From the NCBI GenBank assembly GCA_040256005.1, contig JBDZWC010000029.1:1-26770 (forward strand): a DNA stretch of 26,770 nucleotides, read 5' to 3'. Position 1 is the first letter of the stretch; each line of letters begins with the position of its first letter. Shown here piece after piece: positions 1 through 8,028 of the stretch. The notes beneath the pieces were generated by a model. That model had not been told where the DNA came from, did not search any database, and was given only the letters and a program-made list of their open reading frames with translations. The position numbers and the translations under genes are program-made. This DNA is from Deinococcaceae bacterium (GTDB taxonomy: Bacteria > Deinococcota > Deinococci > Deinococcales > Trueperaceae).

Positions 1-1244
1 ACGGCCAGCGACCTGCGGCCGGCCCGGCCGGCGCGGCCGGCGCGCTGCCACAACGCCATCTTCGAGCCGGGGTAGCCCACCATGACGACGGCGTCGACGC
101 CACCTACGTCCATGCCCAGCTCCAGGGCGCTCGTGGCCGTGAGCACGGTGATCTCGCCCGCGCGGAAGCCCGCCTCGAGCTCGCGTCTGTCCTCGGCGGT
201 GTAGCCGGCACGGTAAGACCTGATCTTCTCGGCGAGCTCCGGCTCGAGCTGCTGCGCGGCGTAGCGCCTCACCAGCTCGGCGCCCTTGCGAGAGTTGCAG
301 AAGAAGATGCTCTTGACGCCGCGCTGGGCGAAGGCGGCCGCCAACCCCGCGGCCTCCGTGTTCGCGCTGCGCCTCCTGCCGTCGGCCGTCGCCGGGGGTC
401 GCCACAGCACGAACTCCCTGGCGCCGGCGGGAGCGTCGTCCTCTTCGATCACCGTGAACGCCCGGCCGGTGAGCCTGGTCGCATGCTCGCCCGGGTTGCC
501 TATCGTCGCCGACGCGCACACGACCCTCGGCCTCGCCCCGTAGCGCTCCGCCACGCGCAGCAGCCGCATGATCACGTTAGCGACATGGGTGCCAAGCACA
601 CCTCTGTAGGCATGCAGCTCGTCCAGCACGATGAGCTCGAGCGAGCCCAGGAACGGCGCCCAGCGCTCGTGGTACGGCAGGATGCCGTAGTGGAGCATGT
701 CCGGGTTGGTCAGGGCGCAGCGCACGTTGTCCCGCACGTTCGCCCGACGCTCGGCCGCAGTGTCGCCGTCGTAGGTGGCGATGGCGTCGCCCGGCTCGGG
801 CTCGCGCTGGCCCCTCAGCGCACCGTAGATGTGACGCAGCCTGCCGAGCTGATCATGCGCGAGCGCCTTCGTCGGGTACAGCACGATGCCGGTGCCGCCG
901 CGCTTCACGGCGGCGGCGAGCGGCACCTGGAACACCAGCGACTTCCCGGAGGCCGTCGGCGTGGCGATGACCACGTCCTCGCCACTGCCCAACGCGCTCA
1001 GCGCCGCGGCCTGGTGGCCGTGCGGCGCGATGTCGAGACGGCGCAGCTCCGTCGCGTAGGGTCCCTCGTACGCGTGCTCCCGGCGGCCCGCGCGCGGCGG
1101 GAAGAAGTGGTACGAGGCCACCTGGTCCTCGTGGAACGGCAGCTGCGTGAGGAGCGCATGGAAGCTGGCGTGAGCCTCTGACCCCGCGGGGCCGACCGGT
1201 CCGGTTCCATCCTCGGATCTGGGGTCGGCAGCTTGCTCCAGCAC
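1..1244 (-). CDS. DEAD/DEAH-box helicase, Hrq1/MrfA/SftH-like (3' end runs off the window; start uncertain, GTG 1244 or TTG 1256)
   Basis: Not in the ORF track because it is truncated. Manual minus-strand translation gives HQAAALSAL..GEDVVIATPTASGKS (Q motif/motif I), LYPTKALAHDQ (Ia), TNPDMLH, VLDELHAYRGVFGTHV (II), ASATIGNP (III), YRAGYT, ATSALELGMDVG and VGYPGSKMALWQRAGRAGR (VI), all typical of Hrq1/DUF1998-type helicases. Confidence 0.9.
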   Translation of the reverse strand, partial: MLEQAADPRSEDGTGPVGPAGSEAHASFHALLTQLPFHEDQVASYHFFPPRAGRREHAYEGPYATELRRLDIAPHGHQAAALSALGSGEDVVIATPTASGKSLVFQVPLAAAVKRGGTGIVLYPTKALAHDQLGRLRHIYGALRGQREPEPGDAIATYDGDTAAERRANVRDNVRCALTNPDMLHYGILPYHERWAPFLGSLELIVLDELHAYRGVLGTHVANVIMRLLRVAERYGARPRVVCASATIGNPGEHATRLTGRAFTVIEEDDAPAGAREFVLWRPPATADGRRRSANTEAAGLAAAFAQRGVKSIFFCNSRKGAELVRRYAAQQLEPELAEKIRSYRAGYTAEDRRELEAGFRAGEITVLTATSALELGMDVGGVDAVVMVGYPGSKMALWQRAGRAGRAGRRSLA

Positions 1245-1289
1245 GGGATCTTCCAAGACAGCCCGAGCGTACCGCGGGCTCCGGGCCTC

Positions 1290-1298
1290 TGTTAGACT
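1290..1298 (+). promoter_or_regulatory. Putative extended -10 promoter (TGtTAGACT) for the GT2-sqdB-sqdX cluster
   Basis: TGnTANNNT match about 33 nt upstream of ATG 1332 in the divergent intergenic region. Confidence 0.5.
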
Positions 1299-1331
1299 CG
1301 CCGCGACCGCACGCTTCGCCGGTAACCATCC

Positions 1332-2579
1332 ATGTCGCAGTTCTTGGCAGTCATCCTCGTGGTCCTCGCCGTGCCGCTCGTCGCGGCCCAGGCCTGGGTG
1401 ATCTACGGCATGTTCCTGCCGGACAGACGGCGGGGTGAAGATGCCCACGAGAACAGATGGCGCCTCCCTGCGGAGCTGCCCTCCGTCTCCGTGGTGCTGC
1501 CGGCGCACGACGAGGCGGCCAGGCTGCCGCGCGCCCTGAGGAGCCTGTCCAGCCAGGACTACCCGGGCCAGATCGAGTTCGTCATCGTCGATGACCGGTC
1601 GACAGACGGCACCGCCGAGGTGATCGAGGGGTTCGTCGCGCAGGACCCGCGCTTCAAGCTGGTGCGGATCGACGAGCCCAGCCGCCGCTACGCGCCCAAG
1701 GTCAACGCGGTCAAGGCGGGCATCGCGGCGTCGCAGGGCGCCGTCATCGTCACGACGGACGCCGATTGCGCCCCGCAGCCCGGCTGGGTGAGCGCGCTCG
1801 TGTCGGCCTTCACTCCCGGCGTGGTCATGGTGTGCGGTTACGTGGAGACGCTGCCCCCCGCGGAGCGCAGGGCCGGCGTGCCCCTCTGGCGGCTGTTCGA
1901 AGCCGCCGACTGGTTCTCGCTCATGCTCGTGTCGCGGTCGATGCTGAGGCACGGGCACGCCTACGCGTCCTCGGCGAACAACCAGGCGTATCTGCGGTCG
2001 GCGCTGGAGGCCGCCGGCGGCTTCGGCGCCAGTGCCAGGGCACCGTCGGGCGACGAGGACCTGCTGGCGCAGCGCCTCGCGGCCCTGCCCGGCGCCAGGG
2101 TCGCGTTCACCGCCCGGCCCGAGGCGCGCGTCGCGACGGCGACGGCTGGCTCGCCGCTGGCGTTCGTCAGGCAGCGCAGCCGCTGGGTGTCGCGCTACCG
2201 GCACGTCGTGCACTACCGACCCGAGTTCATCGCCGGCCTGAGCGTGCTGGGTTTCGAGAGCATCTCCCTGTGCCTCGCTCTGCTCGCCGCGCCGTTCCTG
2301 CCTCAGTTGGCGCCCGTCGTGCTGGCTTGCTACGCCGTACAGACGACGGCCATGGTGGTGGGCATGACGATCGGCGCCAGGCAGTTGGGTCGCCCCTACC
2401 TGGGCGGCGTGACCGCGCTGTTCTGGGCGCTGCTCCACCCCTGGCTCATCGCGGCCGCCGTGTCGTGGTCGTGGGCCAAGCCACTGGACTGGCGTGCGGG
2501 CGCGGTAGGCTACAGGCGCAGCCTGGTGAGGCGCCGCTGGCGTCTCCTGGTGCGCGCGCTCAACGCACGCCCACAGTGA
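1332..2579 (+). CDS. Membrane glycosyltransferase, family 2
   Basis: N-terminal TM helix, SVVLPAHDE, IVDDRSTDGT, TTDADC (DxD), SGDEDLL, QRSRW (QxxRW) and several C-terminal TM helices. Confidence 0.9.
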   Translation: MSQFLAVILVVLAVPLVAAQAWVIYGMFLPDRRRGEDAHENRWRLPAELPSVSVVLPAHDEAARLPRALRSLSSQDYPGQIEFVIVDDRSTDGTAEVIEGFVAQDPRFKLVRIDEPSRRYAPKVNAVKAGIAASQGAVIVTTDADCAPQPGWVSALVSAFTPGVVMVCGYVETLPPAERRAGVPLWRLFEAADWFSLMLVSRSMLRHGHAYASSANNQAYLRSALEAAGGFGASARAPSGDEDLLAQRLAALPGARVAFTARPEARVATATAGSPLAFVRQRSRWVSRYRHVVHYRPEFIAGLSVLGFESISLCLALLAAPFLPQLAPVVLACYAVQTTAMVVGMTIGARQLGRPYLGGVTALFWALLHPWLIAAAVSWSWAKPLDWRAGAVGYRRSLVRRRWRLLVRALNARPQ

Positions 2580-2584
2580 GGGCA

Positions 2585-2610
2585 TCGCCGCGGCTGAAGC
2601 GTCGCGGCGA
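2585..2610 (+). other. Intergenic 10-bp stem-loop between GT2 and sqdB (no U-tract)
   Basis: TCGCCGCGGC-tgaagc-GTCGCGGCGA (one G-U pair). Confidence 0.55.
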
Positions 2611-2641
2611 GCGCTCCCAGGTCTTGGCATGGAGGCCGTAG

Positions 2642-3862
2642 ATGAAGGTATTCGTACTGGGCGGTGACGGGTTCTGCGGTTGGCCCACCAGCCTGCACCT
2701 GAGCAACCTAGGCCACGAGGTCGTGATCCTGGACAACCTCTCACGCCGCAACATCGACAACGAGCTCGAAGCCGGCAGTCTCACCCCCATCCGACCCATG
2801 GGCGAGCGCCTCCGCGCCTGGGAGGAGCTCACCGGCAAGAAGATCCGCTTCCAGCTCCTCGACATCGCCCAGAACTACCACCGCCTGCTCTCCCTGATCC
2901 GCGACGAGAAGCCCGACGCCATCGTGCACTTCGCCGAGCAGCGGGCCGCTCCCTACTCCATGAAATCGAGCCGCCACAAGCGCTACACGGTGGACAACAA
3001 CGTCAACGCCACCCACAACCTCCTCGCCGCCGTCGTGGAATCAGACGTGGACACCCACATCGCCCACCTAGGCACCATGGGCGTCTACGGCTACGGCACC
3101 GCCGGCATGAAGATCCCCGAGGGCTACCTCGACGTCACCGTCAAGACCGACGACGGCCGCGAGGTGGAGCAGCAGATCCTCTACCCCACCAACCCCGGCA
3201 GCGTCTACCACATGACCAAGACACTGGACCAGCTGCTCTTCGCCTACTACGCCAAGAACGACCAGGTACGCGTCACCGACCTCCACCAGGGCATCGTCTG
3301 GGGCACGAACACGCCCGAGACGAGCCGCGACGAACGCCTCATCAACCGCTTCGACTACGACGGCGACTACGGCACCGTCCTCAACCGCTTCCTCATGCAA
3401 GCAGCGGTCGGCTTCCCGCTCACCGTCCATGGCACAGGCGGCCAGACGCGCGCCTTCATCCACATACGCGACACCGTCCGCTGCGTCCAGTTGGCGCTCG
3501 AGAACCCCCCGGCCAAGGGCGAACGCGTGCGCATCATCAACCAGATGACCGAGACCCACCGCGTCCGCGACCTGGCGAAGATCATCAGCCGCCTCACCGG
3601 CGTCGAGATCGCCTACGTCCCCAACCCCCGCAAGGAAGACGCCGAGAACGACCTCCACGTCAAGAACGACTCCTTCCTCAGCATGGGCCTCAACCCCACC
3701 ACCCTCGAGGACGGACTGCTCACCGAGGTCACGGACATCGCCAAGCGCTACGCCGACCGCGCCGACCTGAGCAAGGTCCCCTGCACCAGCACCTGGACGC
3801 GCGACCAGAAGCCCGGCGACCCCAAGCTCGCCGAGCGCCGGGAGTCAGTGACAGCAGCCTGA
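2642..3862 (+). CDS. sqdB: UDP-sulfoquinovose synthase
   Basis: VLGGDGFCGWPTSLHL, SLTPI, HFAEQRAAPYSMK, HLGTMGVYG, PGSVYHMTK (YxxxK), TDLHQGIVWG, NRFDYDGDYGTVLNRF, NQMTE and NPRKE are hallmark SqdB/SQD1 motifs; GGAGG RBS upstream. Confidence 0.96.
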   Translation: MKVFVLGGDGFCGWPTSLHLSNLGHEVVILDNLSRRNIDNELEAGSLTPIRPMGERLRAWEELTGKKIRFQLLDIAQNYHRLLSLIRDEKPDAIVHFAEQRAAPYSMKSSRHKRYTVDNNVNATHNLLAAVVESDVDTHIAHLGTMGVYGYGTAGMKIPEGYLDVTVKTDDGREVEQQILYPTNPGSVYHMTKTLDQLLFAYYAKNDQVRVTDLHQGIVWGTNTPETSRDERLINRFDYDGDYGTVLNRFLMQAAVGFPLTVHGTGGQTRAFIHIRDTVRCVQLALENPPAKGERVRIINQMTETHRVRDLAKIISRLTGVEIAYVPNPRKEDAENDLHVKNDSFLSMGLNPTTLEDGLLTEVTDIAKRYADRADLSKVPCTSTWTRDQKPGDPKLAERRESVTAA

Positions 3863-3884
3863 GGGAGGCCACAGCGGAGGCGCC

Positions 3885-5030
3885 GTGCGCGTAGCGTTCT
3901 TCACCGAGACCTTCCTGCCGAAGATCGACGGGATCGTCACCAGGCTGGCCAGGACGCTCGAGCAGCTGGCGCTGCTGGGCCACGAGGCGCTCGTCTTCGC
4001 GCCCCACGACCCGCCCGAGGACTACGCGGGTCACAGGGTCGTGCGCGTGCCCGCCCTGTCGTTCCGGCCCTGGTACCCGGAGCTGTTCCTGGGCCTCCCC
4101 CGCCCGCGGCTGGGACGGGAGATCGACAGGTTCGAACCGGACATCGTGCACGTGGTGAACCCCGTGGTGCTCGGCCTGTGGGGCACGACGCTGGCCAAGC
4201 AGCGCAACCTGCCCCTGCTGGCCTCGTACCACACCGACCTGACGCAGTACGCGCGCCACCTACGTCTGCCGTTCCTCGTGCGTCCCGGGTCCCGCTTCCT
4301 GCGTGACGTGCACAACCAGGCGCACGTGAACCTGGTGACGAGCAAACCCATGATGGCGTCGGCACGCGGCCTCGGCATCGAGCGGGTGCGCCTGTGGCCC
4401 AAGGCCGTGGACACCGACCTGTTCAGGCCAGAGCGCAGGACCCGCGCGATGCGCGAACGGCTGACGGGTGGACACCCTGACGACAAGCTGATCGTGTGCG
4501 TCGGGCGGCTGTCATACGAGAAGCGCATCGACTGGCTCTACGCGCCCGTCACGCAGATCCACGGCGTGCGGCTGGCGCTGGTGGGCTCGGGACCGGCAGA
4601 GGAGGAGCTCAAGCGTCGCTTCGCCGGCACCCGCACGGTCTTCACCGGGTACATGGAGGGCGCCGAGCTGGCCGCCGCCTACGCCAGCGCCGACGTCTTC
4701 GTCTTCCCCTCTGACACCGAGACCCTGGGCTTCGTCGCTATGGAGGCCATGGCCTCGGGCGTGCCGGCCGTGGCGGCGCGGGCTGGTGGCATCCCTGACG
4801 TCATCGAGGACGGGGTCACCGGCCTCATGTTCACGCCCCTGGACCTGGGCGACCTGACGAGCAAGGTCAGGCGCCTGCTGAGGGACGACGACCTGAGGAC
4901 GCAGATGGGACGGCGGGCCCGGCTCGACATGGAGCAGCACTCCTGGCGGGCCGCCACGGAGGGCCTGGTGGAGCACTACCGCAACGCGATCCGCGTGCAT
5001 CGGCGCTTCGACCCGCCCAGCCGGTACTAG
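3885..5030 (+). CDS. sqdX: GT4 glycosyltransferase, SqdX/SQD2-like sulfoquinovosyldiacylglycerol synthase
   Basis: [67 protein letters not shown] and EAMASG closely follow cyanobacterial SqdX; lies directly downstream of sqdB. Confidence 0.85.
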   Translation: MRVAFFTETFLPKIDGIVTRLARTLEQLALLGHEALVFAPHDPPEDYAGHRVVRVPALSFRPWYPELFLGLPRPRLGREIDRFEPDIVHVVNPVVLGLWGTTLAKQRNLPLLASYHTDLTQYARHLRLPFLVRPGSRFLRDVHNQAHVNLVTSKPMMASARGLGIERVRLWPKAVDTDLFRPERRTRAMRERLTGGHPDDKLIVCVGRLSYEKRIDWLYAPVTQIHGVRLALVGSGPAEEELKRRFAGTRTVFTGYMEGAELAAAYASADVFVFPSDTETLGFVAMEAMASGVPAVAARAGGIPDVIEDGVTGLMFTPLDLGDLTSKVRRLLRDDDLRTQMGRRARLDMEQHSWRAATEGLVEHYRNAIRVHRRFDPPSRY

Positions 5031-5042
5031 CTGTCGCTTCCT

Positions 5043-5069
5043 GGGCCCCGTCGAATAGGCGCCGGGCCC
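5043..5069. terminator. Possible hairpin terminator between convergent sqdX and btuD
   Basis: GGGCCC-CGTC-gaata-GGCG-cc-GGGCCC imperfect stem; no strong U-tract. Confidence 0.4.
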
Positions 5070-5077
5070 GCCACCTC

Positions 5078-5863
5078 TTACCCGAACCTGGGCACGATGA
5101 GCGGCCCGTCCTCCGTCGAGAGCGCCTCCACCCGCGTGCCGAACGTGGCGCTCAGCAGCTCAGCGTCAAGCACAGCGGCGGGCGCCCCCTGGGCCACCAC
5201 CCGGCCGGCCGAGAGCATGACGAGCCGGTCACAGCTCCTCGCGGCCAGGTTGAGGTCATGCAGCACCGCCAGGACGCCAGACCCCTGCGACGCCTGGCGG
5301 CGCGCGTAGGTGAGCAGCTCGACCTGGTAGCGCAGGTCGAGGTGGTTGGTCGGTTCATCCAGGAGCAGGAACGCCGGCTGCTGTGCCAGGGCCCTGGCGA
5401 ACACCGCCCGCTGGCGCTCCCCGCCGGAGAGCGTCTCGATCCGCCGGTGAGCGAACGACAGCGTGCCGGTGGCCCGCATGGCCTCCTCCACGACGCTGTC
5501 GTCCTCGGCTTTCGGTGAGCCCAGCAGGCCTACGTGCGGCGCCCTACCCATCGCGACCGCCTCCCGCACGGTGAAGCCGGTGGGGACCTCCGGCTCCTGC
5601 GAGACAAGGGCCACGCGGCGCGCCAGCGCGAAGCGTCCGTAGCCGCCTATGTCGCGGCCTGCCAGGAGCACCCGCCCCTCCGCCGGTGCCAACTGACGCG
5701 TGAGCAGCCTGAGCAACGTGCTCTTGCCGGAGCCGTTCGGGCCGATCAGCCCTACGACCTCGCCGGGTTCGAGCCGGAGCGTCACGCCGGTAAGGGCGGC
5801 GGCATGCCCGTTGCCGTCGCGCGCCGGGTAGCGCGCCGTCACTTCCCTTACCTCGAGCGTCAC
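5078..5863 (-). CDS. btuD: ABC transporter ATP-binding subunit, cobalamin/iron-chelate type
   Basis: Walker A GPNGSGKST, signature LSGGERQR, LLLDEPTNHLD, H-loop VLHDLNLA. GTG start at 5863 overlaps the permease TGA (GTGA); the track's 6019 start is an overextension. Confidence 0.9.
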   Translation of the reverse strand: MTLEVREVTARYPARDGNGHAAALTGVTLRLEPGEVVGLIGPNGSGKSTLLRLLTRQLAPAEGRVLLAGRDIGGYGRFALARRVALVSQEPEVPTGFTVREAVAMGRAPHVGLLGSPKAEDDSVVEEAMRATGTLSFAHRRIETLSGGERQRAVFARALAQQPAFLLLDEPTNHLDLRYQVELLTYARRQASQGSGVLAVLHDLNLAARSCDRLVMLSAGRVVAQGAPAAVLDAELLSATFGTRVEALSTEDGPLIVPRFG

Positions 5864-6924
5864 GGCGTTCCAGCGGCCGGCCCGCGCCGCGAGCGCCTGA
5901 GCAGCCACAGGAAGAACGGGCCCCCGGTGAGCGCGGTAACGATGCCCACCGGCACCTCGACAGGGGCGATCACGGTTCGCGCCAGGAGGTCGGCCAACAC
6001 CATGAACCCGGCACCCCACACGACGGCGACCGGCAGCAGCCGCGCGTGAGCGGGGCCCGTCACGAGCCTGACCGAGTGCGGCACCATGAGGCCAACGAAG
6101 CCGATGATCCCCGCCACGCTCACAGACGCGGCCGTCACCAGCGTGGCTACGCCCAGCAGCACCACCTTGACCGTCTCGACGGGCAGGCCGAGGAGAGCCG
6201 CGCCGCGTTCACCCAGCTGGAAGAGGTCGAGCGCGCGGGCGAAGGCCCCGGCCAGCAGGAGGGCCGGCAGGGTGAACGCGGCGAGCGCGGCCACGTCCCC
6301 CCAAGATGCGAAGCCGAAGCCGCCGAGCAGCCGGCTCAGGAGGCCGGCGCTCTGCTCCCGGGCGGCCACGAGCAGGAACGACGTCGCGGCCGTGAACACG
6401 GAGCCCACGACGACCCCGGCCAGGATCAGGCGCGCCGTCGGCAGGCCGCCGAGGTCGGCGGCCAAGCCGGTGACGAGCAGCACGGTGAGGAGCGCGAACA
6501 CGAAGGCCACCAGCGGAGCCCCGATAGCGGCCAACGGCGGGAACGAGGCACCCAGCGCGAACACCAGCACGGCCCCGAAGCCGGCGCCGCTGGCCGTCCC
6601 GATGAGGTAGGGGTCGGCCAACGGGTTGCGGAAGATGCCCTGGAACAGAACGCCGGCCAGCGACAGACCGGCGCCGGTGAGCCCCGCGAGCAGCACCCGC
6701 GGCAGGCGGATGCGCCAGGCGATGGCTTCGAGGGTGCTGAGGTCCTCGCCCCTGACGCTCTTGACGAGCGCCCCGAGGAGGTGCTCGGGTGTGAGCGCCG
6801 CGCTGCCCACGGCTCCTGCCACGAGCAAGACAGCGCACAGCGCGAGTAGCGACAGCGGGAGCATGAGCCCGACGCGGCGCCGGTCTCGAGGGGGCGATCC
6901 TTCCGCGACGCGACCGATCGTCAC
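5860..6924 (-). CDS. btuC: FecCD/BtuC-family ABC permease
   Basis: IRLPRVLL, FQGIFRNPLADPYLIG, G.IGFVGLMVPH, ADLLART, EVPVGIVTALTGGPFF; multiple TM helices. Confidence 0.92.
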   Translation of the reverse strand: MTIGRVAEGSPPRDRRRVGLMLPLSLLALCAVLLVAGAVGSAALTPEHLLGALVKSVRGEDLSTLEAIAWRIRLPRVLLAGLTGAGLSLAGVLFQGIFRNPLADPYLIGTASGAGFGAVLVFALGASFPPLAAIGAPLVAFVFALLTVLLVTGLAADLGGLPTARLILAGVVVGSVFTAATSFLLVAAREQSAGLLSRLLGGFGFASWGDVAALAAFTLPALLLAGAFARALDLFQLGERGAALLGLPVETVKVVLLGVATLVTAASVSVAGIIGFVGLMVPHSVRLVTGPAHARLLPVAVVWGAGFMVLADLLARTVIAPVEVPVGIVTALTGGPFFLWLLRRSRRGPAAGTP

Positions 6925-6933
6925 CGAGGCGTC

Positions 6934-7800
6934 CTAGAAGAGGTCAGGGTGCAACAGCTCTGCCAGGATGCGCACGGCCTCCGCCAGCCTCGGCCCGGCT
7001 CGGCTGAGGGCGTCCGTCGCGTCCTCGCTCAGCTCGATGACCGTGTCGTTCCTGACGGCTGCGATGCCGTCCCAGCCGGGCCGCGCGCGGACGTCGGCGG
7101 CGGTCACGCCGAACGGTGCGTCGAGGAGCAGGATCACCTGAGGATCGGCGGCCACGACGAACTCCGGGTCGACCTGCGGGAACTGCCCCATGCTCGCGGG
7201 GACGACGTTCTCGCCGCCCGCTGCGACCAGCAGCTCGTGCACGTACGAGCCCGGCCCGGCTGTGAACGGGGTCGGGTCGATCTCGACGAAGACGGTGGGG
7301 CGTTCCACGGCCTCCAGCACCGAGGTCACCTCGGCCACCTCGGACTTCAGGCGCGCGACCAGCTGGGCGGCCTCGGCGCCCCGACCCAGCAGCGTGCCGA
7401 TAGTCCCGATGTACTCGTACGTCTCCTCCACCGTCTGGGGGGAACCGGCGTACACCGTGAGACCGAGGTCTGCCAGCGTCTCGTGCAGGCCGCTGTACTC
7501 GTCGACGAGCACGAGGTCGGGCTCGAGCGCGACGATCGCCTCGACGTCCGGCGCGTACGGGTCGCCCAGCGTGGGCAGCCCCTCCGTGCCCTGGACGTCG
7601 CTGTGGCGGTCGATGCCGATCAGCAGTTCGCAGGCGCCCAACGCGCACACGGTCTCGGTGTGGCTGGGGAGCAGCGACACCACGGCTGTAGGGGGAGCCG
7701 CCAGCGTCACCTCGCGACCCAGGTCGTCGGTGACCGTCTGGGCCGACGCGAAGGCGGCCAGAGCCAAGGTGGCGGCGGCCAGGTACAGGCGCAGAGTCAT
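6934..7800 (-). CDS. btuF: Cobalamin-binding ABC substrate-binding protein
   Basis: Signal peptide (LALAAFASA), VTDDLGREVTL, VVSLLPSHTE, EAIVALEPDLV, SRAGPRL; GGAGG RBS; directly downstream of a B12 riboswitch. Confidence 0.9.
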   Translation of the reverse strand: MTLRLYLAAATLALAAFASAQTVTDDLGREVTLAAPPTAVVSLLPSHTETVCALGACELLIGIDRHSDVQGTEGLPTLGDPYAPDVEAIVALEPDLVLVDEYSGLHETLADLGLTVYAGSPQTVEETYEYIGTIGTLLGRGAEAAQLVARLKSEVAEVTSVLEAVERPTVFVEIDPTPFTAGPGSYVHELLVAAGGENVVPASMGQFPQVDPEFVVAADPQVILLLDAPFGVTAADVRARPGWDGIAAVRNDTVIELSEDATDALSRAGPRLAEAVRILAELLHPDLF

Positions 7801-7879
7801 GCAAGTCCTCCTGCCTGCGGGGTTGGGGTTGGGGGTGTGGGCCGCCGGCGTCGCTACGGCGCGTTCCGGCTCGGCCTGC

Positions 7880-8016
7880 CCGTCCTCGTCCTCGCAAGGG
7901 GTGCAGTCATGGCCTTCGCGCGGTACTCGGACTTCGGCGTCGCACCGTTGCGGGCTCTGCCGTTACCGTTGCGGGACAGTGCCGGACTCTCACCGGCTTC
8001 CCCACGCGAACGACCT
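7880..8016 (-). ncRNA. Cobalamin (B12) riboswitch
   Basis: Minus strand reads GGGGAAGCCGGTGAGAGTCCGGCACTGTCCCGCAACGGTAA...GAAGTCCGAGTACC (J3/4, P4 T-loop, P5/P6, B12 box), closed by GGTCGTTCGCGTGG/CCGCGCGAAGGCC. A downstream hairpin CCTTGCGAGGACGAGG can pair with TCCCGCAA. It lies upstream of btuF. Confidence 0.93.
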
Positions 8017-8022
8017 GAGCAG

Positions 8023-8028
8023 AGTCTA
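8023..8028 (-). promoter_or_regulatory. -10 box TAGACT of the btu operon, overlapping the ada stop codon
   Basis: TAGACT lies 7 nt upstream of the A (8016) that immediately precedes the first riboswitch helix. Confidence 0.65.

Noticed and set aside
483..1181. Plus-strand ORFs at the window start
   Set aside because: Antisense to the clearly recognisable minus-strand helicase.
2680..3894. 404-aa alternative-frame ORF over sqdB
   Set aside because: Arg/Pro/His-rich frame produced by strong codon bias in sqdB.
5078..7800. Iron-siderophore or heme transporter assignment
   Set aside because: Same protein families, but the upstream cobalamin riboswitch points to corrinoid uptake.
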